Origin: an uncultured Candidatus Saccharibacteria bacterium
GTDB taxonomy: Bacteria > Patescibacteriota > Minisyncoccia > Minisyncoccales > CAZWNE01
NCBI GenBank assembly: GCA_964635155.1
Contig: CAZWNE010000003.1
Coordinates: 1 to 40,418, forward strand
Direction of reading: 5' to 3'
DNA: 40,418 bases
The translations under genes and the position numbers were made by a program. The notes beneath the pieces were generated by a model. That model was given only the letters and a program-made list of their open reading frames with translations, made no database searches and was not told where the DNA came from. How positions within the stretch are numbered: position 1 is the first letter of the stretch; every line of letters begins with the position of its first letter. Below are positions 9,242 to 16,184 of the stretch, piece after piece.

Positions 9242-10117
9242 TTGAAAAAATATCTGGCAATAACACTCATGCTGATCATCGTGTTGTCGGTCTTATCAAC
9301 CTTCAGCAGCCTGGCCTTAAACAGCCTCGACAAAGAGAATGTACTCTTAAAACGAGAGCTGACGGCCGTAAAGACCGATGCCGAAAAAACCATTAAAAAT
9401 CTCGGAGACGATCTCGGCAAAGCCCAAAGAACCATTGCCGCTATGGATAGCGACATCAGCAACAAGGCGGAGAAAAAAGAGCTGGAAGAAACACAAACGT
9501 ATTTTTCCAGATTTGAAAAAGATGCGGCGGAGACCAGGCAAGATGTGGCCAATCTGGAAAATAAGATTTTTGAGCCGGCGGCAATTTATGCTGGAGCTCG
9601 AAAGTCAGTGGTAAGCATTAACGGAAGCACTGGTTTTCTCTTCAGAAACAAAACCCAGATCGTGACGGTATACCACGCGCTTAATTCAGACCCGGGTACT
9701 ATGGTCATGGTAGTGCCTAATGATGGAACTCATCTTTTTGTTATGGGTGAGATAAAGAAAGTAAGGCCGGAGTGGGACTTGGCCATCATTGAGCTAGTTG
9801 TTCCCCTGAATGCTGATCCATTAGCACCAGCAAGTATTTCTGCTGTTGGCGAAAGAGTGCTAGTCATCGGCAATACCAATGGTTTGAATAACTCCGTCAG
9901 CACCGGAGTTATAAGCGGGGTTAACCGAGAACTCCACGAACTCCCCTCAGTTAGAATGCTTCAATTTGACGCAGCAATATCTTTTGGAAACTCCGGCGGA
10001 CCGATCATTGATAATGACGGTAAAGTCATTGGGCTGGTCAATAGAGCGCTAGACAATTTTAGTTTCGGCTTTGCTACGCCCATTGATTACGTACAACGAC
10101 TTCTTGACGAAAAATGA
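9242..10117 (+). CDS. membrane-anchored trypsin-like (S1C/DegP-type, no PDZ) serine protease
   Basis: TTG start 8 nt after GGGAGGAG. N-terminal TM helix, ~90-aa charged coiled-coil-like segment, then catalytic His (VTVYHAL), Asp (WDLAIIEL) and Ser (FGNSGGPIID). Confidence 0.8.
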   Translation: MKKYLAITLMLIIVLSVLSTFSSLALNSLDKENVLLKRELTAVKTDAEKTIKNLGDDLGKAQRTIAAMDSDISNKAEKKELEETQTYFSRFEKDAAETRQDVANLENKIFEPAAIYAGARKSVVSINGSTGFLFRNKTQIVTVYHALNSDPGTMVMVVPNDGTHLFVMGEIKKVRPEWDLAIIELVVPLNADPLAPASISAVGERVLVIGNTNGLNNSVSTGVISGVNRELHELPSVRMLQFDAAISFGNSGGPIIDNDGKVIGLVNRALDNFSFGFATPIDYVQRLLDEK

Positions 10118-10137
10118 GCAAATAGCTCAGGCAAACG

Positions 10138-10167
10138 GCCCCGGGTAAAATATCCGGGGCTCTTTTT
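10138..10167. terminator. terminator between the convergent protease and uvrA genes
   Basis: GCCCCGG-GTAAAATAT-CCGGGGC followed by TCTTTTTA. Confidence 0.6.
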
Positions 10168-11779
10168 ATTTAAGATTTTTTAAATATTGTCCAGTGTAGC
10201 TTTTTTTAATTTTAGTGATTTCCTTGGGATTGCCCTGGGCGACGATATAACCGCCTTTTTCTCCGCCTTCCGGACCCAAATCCAAAATCCAGTCGGAATT
10301 TTTAATTAAATCAAGGTTGTGTTCAATTGTGATAACCGTATTCCCTTTGTCTACTAATCCCCGCAAAACAAAAACTAATTTTTTAATATCGTCGGGATGC
10401 AAGCCGGTGGTCGGCTCGTCTAAAATATACAATGTCTTGCCCGTGGCTTTTTTAGAAAGCTCGTCGGCTAATTTTACCCTTTGGGCCTCGCCCCCGGACA
10501 AAGAAGGAGCCGATTGGCCCAATTGGATATAACCCAAGCCTACTTCGTTCAAGGTTTTCAATTTCTGGAAAATTGCCGGAATCGGCTGGAAAAATTTCAA
10601 AGCGTCTTCAACCGTCATTTCCAGAACATCGGCGATATTTTTCCCTTTATATTCAATGGATAAGGTCTCTTTATTAAATCTTTTCCCCTGGCATTCTTCG
10701 CACTCAACATAAACATCGGGTAAAAAATACATTTCGATTTTTTTCACGCCCTGTCCTTCGCAGGCCTCGCATCTGCCTCCCTTAACATTAAAAGAAAATC
10801 TGCCCGGCCGATAACCCCTGACTCTCGCTTCTTTAGTTTTGGTGAAAAGGTCTCTTATATATGTAAAACAGCTTGTGTAGGTTGCGGGATTTGACCTTGG
10901 AGTCCTACCTATGGGCGATTGGTCAACTAAGACCGCCTTGTTCAAATTTTCAATCCCCAAAATCGCTTTGTGAAGACCCGGCTCTTCTTTGGCCCGATAA
11001 AACCTTTTCAGCAAAGCCCGGGCCAAAATATCGTTCATTAAAGATGATTTGCCCGACCCCGACACCCCGGTGATGCAAACAAATTTCCCAAGCGGAATTT
11101 TAACGTCTATATTTTTCAGATTATGCTCTTTAGCGCCTTTGATCGTTAGAAACTTGGTTTCTTTTTGTTGAAACCGAGTTTCTATTAAAACGGTTTTTCT
11201 CCCCGATAAATAGTCTCCCGTCAAAGTATGGCTTTTTAATAGCTGACTTGGCGTTCCTTCAAAAATAATTTTTCCGCCGTGCTTCCCGGCCCCGGGCCCC
11301 ACATCTATTATCCAATCAGAACTCCTGATTGTCTGAGGATCGTGTTCAACTACAATAACGCTATTTCCCAAATTTCTTAATTTTTTTAAGGTTTCAATAA
11401 GCCGGCCCTGATCTCGGGGATGAAGCCCGACCGATGGTTCATCTAAAATATATAAAACTCCGGTTAATTTGGAGCCGATTTGAGTGGCTAATCTTATTCT
11501 TTGCTCTTCCCCGCCGGATAGAGTATCGGCGCGTCTGTCTAAGGTTAAATAATCCAGGCCAACATCAATTAAAAACTGTAAACGATTGATAATTTCTTTA
11601 ATAATCGGGTTGGCAATTTTTATTTCATCGGCTTTCAGTTTTAAGCCGGCAAAAAACTCCTTCAATTTATCAATCGGCATTTCTACGATTTTATCGATTG
11701 ATTTTCCAGCTATTGTCACGGCTAATACTTCCGGCTTTAATCTTTTTCCATGGCAAATTTCGCATTTTTTCACGAGCAT
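10166..11779 (-). CDS. uvrA: excinuclease ABC subunit A, C-terminal fragment (downstream of the in-frame TAG)
   Basis: 537 aa starting [21 protein letters not shown], with [12 protein letters not shown], a second Walker [11 protein letters not shown], zinc module CEACEGQG...CEECQGKRF and [12 protein letters not shown]. Confidence 0.9.
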   Translation of the reverse strand: MLVKKCEICHGKRLKPEVLAVTIAGKSIDKIVEMPIDKLKEFFAGLKLKADEIKIANPIIKEIINRLQFLIDVGLDYLTLDRRADTLSGGEEQRIRLATQIGSKLTGVLYILDEPSVGLHPRDQGRLIETLKKLRNLGNSVIVVEHDPQTIRSSDWIIDVGPGAGKHGGKIIFEGTPSQLLKSHTLTGDYLSGRKTVLIETRFQQKETKFLTIKGAKEHNLKNIDVKIPLGKFVCITGVSGSGKSSLMNDILARALLKRFYRAKEEPGLHKAILGIENLNKAVLVDQSPIGRTPRSNPATYTSCFTYIRDLFTKTKEARVRGYRPGRFSFNVKGGRCEACEGQGVKKIEMYFLPDVYVECEECQGKRFNKETLSIEYKGKNIADVLEMTVEDALKFFQPIPAIFQKLKTLNEVGLGYIQLGQSAPSLSGGEAQRVKLADELSKKATGKTLYILDEPTTGLHPDDIKKLVFVLRGLVDKGNTVITIEHNLDLIKNSDWILDLGPEGGEKGGYIVAQGNPKEITKIKKSYTGQYLKNLK

Positions 11780-11785
11780 GTATTG

Positions 11786-12787
11786 CTAAATTTCCTGCCT
11801 GACAAAATCAGAATCGGTTTCGTGATATATTCTTTCAAGCCAAGGAATAACGCCTTCAATATCTGCCTGACCATACTTATATATTAAATTGGGATTGGCT
11901 AAAACCAATTTCGGGTCAACTTCCAATTTTTCGCCCAGGCCCTGGCATCCGGGACACGCTCCAAAAGGGGAATTGAAAGAAAAAAGGCGAGGTTCCAATT
12001 CTTGCATAGAAATACCGCAGGCCTCGCAGGCAAAATTCTCGCTGAAAATTGAATCATTTACCATGACTATCCCCTTGCCTAGCTTTAAAGCTGTTTCCAA
12101 AGAATCAACCATCCTAGATTTATCCAAATCCCTATCCAGAATTAATCTGTCAACCACCACTTCAATATTGTGTTTTTTATTTTTATCCAGTTCTTTTGTT
12201 AGGGCCTCTTCTAAAAGATAAATTATGCCGTCTATCCTGGCTCTGACAAAACCGGCCCTTTTTATTTCTTCCAGAATTCCTTGATGCTCCCCTTTTTTCT
12301 GACGGATAACGGGCCCCAAAATGGTAATTTCTTTATTTTTAGCTCCGCCCGAGGATGGATTTAAAATCTGCTCCACAATCTGGTCAATCGTTTGCCGGGA
12401 AATCGGTTTGCCGCATTTCGGGCAATGAGGCTTGCCGATTCTGGCAAATAAAAGACGAAGATAATCATAAATCTCCGTCATTGTGCCCACGGTGGAGCGC
12501 GGATTATGGCTGGCTTTTCTTTGGTCAATGGAAATTGCCGGGGAAATCCCTTCGATAGAATCGGCATCGGGCTTGTCCATTATTCCCAGAAACTGCCTGG
12601 CATAAGGCGAAAGCGATTCCACGTATCTTCTCTGGCCTTCGGCATATAAGGTATCGAAAGCCAAAGAGGACTTGCCCGAACCCGAAAGTCCGGTGATGAC
12701 CACCAGTTTATTTTTAGGGATATCAACGTCTACGTTTTTCAGGTTATGGACCCTGGCCCCCCGAATTTTAATAAAATTTTCCGGCAT
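11786..12787 (-). CDS. uvrA: excinuclease ABC subunit A, N-terminal fragment (ends at the in-frame TAG)
   Basis: 333 aa with [10 protein letters not shown], Walker [20 protein letters not shown]...CEACG and [17 protein letters not shown]. It is in the same frame as 10166..11779, separated only by TAG-CAA-TAC. Confidence 0.9.
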   Translation of the reverse strand: MPENFIKIRGARVHNLKNVDVDIPKNKLVVITGLSGSGKSSLAFDTLYAEGQRRYVESLSPYARQFLGIMDKPDADSIEGISPAISIDQRKASHNPRSTVGTMTEIYDYLRLLFARIGKPHCPKCGKPISRQTIDQIVEQILNPSSGGAKNKEITILGPVIRQKKGEHQGILEEIKRAGFVRARIDGIIYLLEEALTKELDKNKKHNIEVVVDRLILDRDLDKSRMVDSLETALKLGKGIVMVNDSIFSENFACEACGISMQELEPRLFSFNSPFGACPGCQGLGEKLEVDPKLVLANPNLIYKYGQADIEGVIPWLERIYHETDSDFVRQEI

Positions 12788-12847
12788 AGCAGTGTCGTAT
12801 TATACTTCAAATTTTGAAAAATTTCAAGAATAAGATACGATATACCA

Positions 12848-13897
12848 ATGCCAAATCTGCCTTGGAAAAAAATATCTTTTACTGTCTTTGGTTTTATTTT
12901 GGGAACTTTCTTATTTTTAGGAAATTCCGCTTTCAGTTTTTTGATAAAACCGACGGTCATCGATATTGCTCCTTTGCCCGCCCAGGTTTCAAAAAACCTT
13001 GCCGAAAATCTGCCCGAAAGCCAACCAAAAGAAATTTCCCTGATTCTAACTGGCGATATCATGCTTAATCGACGGGTCGATTTGATGATGAAAGCTAAAA
13101 ACGACTACACTTTTCCTTTTCAAAAAATTGCTGAAAAATTAAATGAGGCGGATATTGTTTTTGGCAACCTGGAAAATCCAATTTCTGACAAGGGCAAAAA
13201 AACGGGCAGCATTTATTCTTTCCGCGCCGATCCCAAATCCGTAGAAGGTTTGATTTTTGCCGGTTTTGACGTTTTATCTCTGGCTAATAATCACTCTTTT
13301 GATTACGGAAAAATCGCCCTAGAAGATACCTTTTCACGATTAAAAGCGGCCGGCATTAATTATGTTGGCGCCGGTTTCAACGGAAAAGAGGCCTTCTCTC
13401 CGATTATCAAAGAAGTTGACGGAACAAAAATCGGCTTTTTGGCTTACAGCGATTTAGGTTCTGTTTATTGGACGGCTACGGAAAATTCGTCAGGATTAGC
13501 TTTAATCAGCTTAGAGTATTTTGAGAACATTAAGCAAGATATCAGAAAGGCAAAATCGCAGGTTGATATTTTAATTGTTTCTCTGCACTCGGGCGAAGAA
13601 TATATCAAAGAACCAGGGCCGCAGCAAATTAATTTTGCCAAAGCCGCCATTGACGAAGGCGCTGATATTATCGTGGGGCATCACCCGCACATTGTTCAAA
13701 AAAATGAAATTTTTAAAAATAAATATATATTTTACAGTTTGGGAAATTTTGTTTTTGACCAGAATTTTTCTCCAGAAACAATGGAGGGCCAAATTATTAA
13801 AGTTGCCATAGAAAATAAAAAGATAAAAGAAGTAATTCCCATAAACATTAAAATCAACCAGTATCTTCAACCGGAAGTAGCCAATGCGCAAAATTAA
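12848..13897 (+). CDS. CapA-family (poly-gamma-glutamate/capsule biosynthesis, metallophosphatase-fold) protein
   Basis: 349 aa with an N-terminal TM, LTGDIMLNRRV, FGNLENPIS, LSLANNHSFDYG, YVGAG and VGHHPHIVQ. Confidence 0.8.
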   Translation: MPNLPWKKISFTVFGFILGTFLFLGNSAFSFLIKPTVIDIAPLPAQVSKNLAENLPESQPKEISLILTGDIMLNRRVDLMMKAKNDYTFPFQKIAEKLNEADIVFGNLENPISDKGKKTGSIYSFRADPKSVEGLIFAGFDVLSLANNHSFDYGKIALEDTFSRLKAAGINYVGAGFNGKEAFSPIIKEVDGTKIGFLAYSDLGSVYWTATENSSGLALISLEYFENIKQDIRKAKSQVDILIVSLHSGEEYIKEPGPQQINFAKAAIDEGADIIVGHHPHIVQKNEIFKNKYIFYSLGNFVFDQNFSPETMEGQIIKVAIENKKIKEVIPINIKINQYLQPEVANAQN

Positions 13898-14765
13898 AAC
13901 CCTTGTCATCATCTTGTTATTGACGGCCGCCGGTTTTTATCTGTATCAGCAAAAAAAACAAGACCCCATTTCTCTTTCGGCAAGCGAGCTGGCGCAAGGC
14001 GACACTCTTTTAATTAAAATGAATGGCTCGGCATCCGAGGAGAAAATCACCGGAGAATTCGGTTCCCGAAAAATAGATTTTTTCCAACAGACAGCTATTT
14101 TAGGCATTGATGTCAATGAGAGGCCAGGCGAGCATATTTTAATTATAAATTTGCCAAGCGGCAAAAAAATAGAAAAAATAATCAATATCAGCAAAACGGA
14201 TTTCCCAACAACCGAACTTTTGGTCACCAAGGAACTCCGGAAAAAGGGTTACACTCCCCAAAAAATCGTCGGCAATATTCAAGGGGAAGAAGGTTTAACT
14301 TTAAAAAAAATTATTAGCACTTATACTCCAAAAATTTATTTTGACAAGGCCTTTATCAACCCCCTAAAAGAAATTAAAATCGTCGGGGCTTTCGGCATTA
14401 TCAAAAAAACCGGCAGTTCGACCATTCAGCACCTAGGAGTTGATTTGGACGCCGAAATCGGGACCGAGGTTTTGGCCAGCAACGACGGCAAAGTAAGTTT
14501 TTCCCGGGAACTGCCGGATTACGGCAGAACCCTGATTATAGACCACGGCTTGGGGATTTATTCTCTTTATCTGCACTTGGAAGAATTCAAAACTTTTGAA
14601 GGAAAACTGGTCAAACAGGGCCAAGTTATCGGGCTTTCGGGCAACAGCGGGTACTCCATTGCCCCTCATTTGCATTTTTCAATCAAAATCAACAATGCCA
14701 ACGTCGACCCGCTGAAATTTCTTGAAACCACGCAGTCATGGAGAAATTCAAATATCTTGGAATAG
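13884..14765 (+). CDS. M23 (LytM-type) peptidoglycan endopeptidase
   Basis: 293 aa with a signal/TM, HLGVDLDA (HxxxD), GRTLIIDHGLGIYSLYLHL and SGNSGYSIAPHLHFSI. Confidence 0.88.
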   Translation: MRKIKTLVIILLLTAAGFYLYQQKKQDPISLSASELAQGDTLLIKMNGSASEEKITGEFGSRKIDFFQQTAILGIDVNERPGEHILIINLPSGKKIEKIINISKTDFPTTELLVTKELRKKGYTPQKIVGNIQGEEGLTLKKIISTYTPKIYFDKAFINPLKEIKIVGAFGIIKKTGSSTIQHLGVDLDAEIGTEVLASNDGKVSFSRELPDYGRTLIIDHGLGIYSLYLHLEEFKTFEGKLVKQGQVIGLSGNSGYSIAPHLHFSIKINNANVDPLKFLETTQSWRNSNILE

Positions 14766-15940
14766 AACAAATTAACAAACTCCCCGAAACTCCCGGGGTT
14801 TATGTTTTCCCTGCCCTGAGCCGCGCCGAAGGGTTTCTTTACATTGGCAAGGCGGTTAATCTCCGCGATCGGACCAAACAACATCGTGGGTTGCTTAACC
14901 AGGTTAAGCAACTAGGATATATCCGAACTGATTCCGAGATTGAAGCCCTGATTCTGGAGTCCCAGCTAATTAAAAAATACCAGCCCAAATATAATACTAT
15001 ATGGAAAGACGATAAAAACTACTTTTATGTGGCGATAACTAAGGAAGATTACCCCAAAGTTTTAATAGTTCACCAAAAAAAAGAAGGGGCTGAATACATA
15101 GGGCCGTTTGTGGAAGGAAGCGCTCTAAAGCAAACGTTAAAAATACTTAGGAAAATATTCCCCTACTATACGCAAGGCAAGCACCCCAAGGGCCCTTGCC
15201 CTTGGTGCCGCTTAAATCTTTGCCCCGGACCAAATCCGGATAAAAAAGAATATCAAAAAAGCATTAAAAATCTAATTTCGGTCCTGGAGAGTAAAAAGAA
15301 GTCCGTCCTGAATAATTTGAAACAAGAGATGAAAAAGGCCTCAAGAGAAGAAGATTTTGAAAAAGCGGCTAAATTAAGGGACCAGGTCATAAATTTGGAA
15401 AAAATAATTTCCAACGCCAAAATCTTTCCGCAGGGCGATGAAGCGTTGCTTCATCTTCATCTTCGTCCCGCTTTACGGGACTCGATAATGGAAGCTTATG
15501 ACGTTTCTAATATCCAGGGAAAATATGCCACCGGTTCCATGGTAACTTTTATTAACGGCCGGCCGGAGAAAAATTTCTACCGCAAATTCAGAATTAAAAT
15601 GGCCGATAAGCCGAATGACACAGCTATGCTTAAAGAAATCCTCTCTCGCAGATTAAAACATTTAGAATGGCCTTTGCCCGATGCTATCTTAATTGATGGC
15701 GGAAAAGCGCAACTCAACGCCGCCCTGCTGATAGCTAAAAACTATCAACTAAAAACTAAAATAATGGCTTTGGCGAAAAAGAAAAACGAATTGTTTATTG
15801 AGGGGAAAAAATCGCCGATTTTATTAAAAACCATGCCGAGGGAAATGTTTAATTTAATTTTAAATTTAAGAGACGAAGCGCACAGATTTGCCATCTCTTA
15901 CCACAAAAAACTAAGAGCTAAAGCATTGCTTCCAGAATAG
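14738..15940 (+). CDS. uvrC: excinuclease ABC subunit C, short form (no C-terminal HhH2), carrying two repeat elements in frame
   Basis: 400 aa with GIY-YIG (PGVYVF...LYIGKAVNLRDR...EALILESQLIKKYQPKYN), a Cys cluster, a UVR domain (EEDFEKAAKLRDQVINLEKI) and an RNase H-like endonuclease domain (EAYDVSNIQG...YRKFRIK...ILIDGGKAQL). It ends right after that domain. Confidence 0.88.
   Translation: MEKFKYLGIEQINKLPETPGVYVFPALSRAEGFLYIGKAVNLRDRTKQHRGLLNQVKQLGYIRTDSEIEALILESQLIKKYQPKYNTIWKDDKNYFYVAITKEDYPKVLIVHQKKEGAEYIGPFVEGSALKQTLKILRKIFPYYTQGKHPKGPCPWCRLNLCPGPNPDKKEYQKSIKNLISVLESKKKSVLNNLKQEMKKASREEDFEKAAKLRDQVINLEKIISNAKIFPQGDEALLHLHLRPALRDSIMEAYDVSNIQGKYATGSMVTFINGRPEKNFYRKFRIKMADKPNDTAMLKEILSRRLKHLEWPLPDAILIDGGKAQLNAALLIAKNYQLKTKIMALAKKKNELFIEGKKSPILLKTMPREMFNLILNLRDEAHRFAISYHKKLRAKALLPE
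14890..14912. repeat. palindrome family 2 (10-3-10), perfect copy inside uvrC
   Basis: GTTGCTTAAC-CAG-GTTAAGCAAC, with exactly complementary arms. Confidence 0.8.
15434..15484 (+). repeat. double-hairpin repeat family 1, full copy inside the uvrC CDS (sense)
   Basis: GGCGATGAAGCGTTGCTTCATCTTCATCTTCGTCCCGCTTTACGGGACTCG is 51 nt (17 codons). Confidence 0.75.
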
Positions 15941-15964
15941 GTTTATGTTATAATAAAAAATATT

Positions 15965-16183
15965 ATGCAGGCCTACTTACCGCTAGCTCAAATTGCCATC
16001 TCGGTTTTATTGATTATTTTAATTCTCTTGCAGCAAAGAGGCCAGGCTTTGGGCTCGGCTTTTGGCGGAGGCGAAGGCGGATTCTACGCCACCCGCCGAG
16101 GAATCCAAAAAAAGATTTTTTGGGCGACAATTGTCTGCGGATTTTTGTTTATTATTTTTGCCCTTTTAAACATCGCTCTCTAA
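15965..16183 (+). CDS. secG: preprotein translocase subunit SecG
   Basis: 72 aa with two TM helices flanking LLQQRGQALGSAFGGGEGGFYATRRG. Confidence 0.8.
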   Translation: MQAYLPLAQIAISVLLIILILLQQRGQALGSAFGGGEGGFYATRRGIQKKIFWATIVCGFLFIIFALLNIAL

Positions 16184-16184
16184 T

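Noticed and set aside
9202-9552. 116-aa minus-strand ORF and other small ORFs overlapping the protease gene 5' end.
   Set aside because: They are antisense to a gene that has a promoter, RBS, TM helix and full catalytic triad, and they carry no independent support.
11786-11788. Genome-wide TAG reassignment, or a TMV-like readthrough context (TAG CAA TAC), as the explanation for the uvrA amber codon.
   Set aside because: TAG ends uvrC (15938-15940) and the TPR gene (38931-38933) at sensible C-termini. The CAR-YYA context is a eukaryotic-virus rule and matches only partly. It is kept only as a low-probability option in the uvrA finding.
14808-14836. GC-rich stretch in the uvrC N-terminus (CCCTGCCCTGAGCCGCGCCGAAGGG, peptide PALSRAEG) as a third inserted element.
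   Set aside because: The spacing between GVY and YIGKA is only about 2 residues longer than in E. coli UvrC. There is no clear dyad symmetry and only weak similarity to the 1976-1989 stem, which is insufficient evidence.
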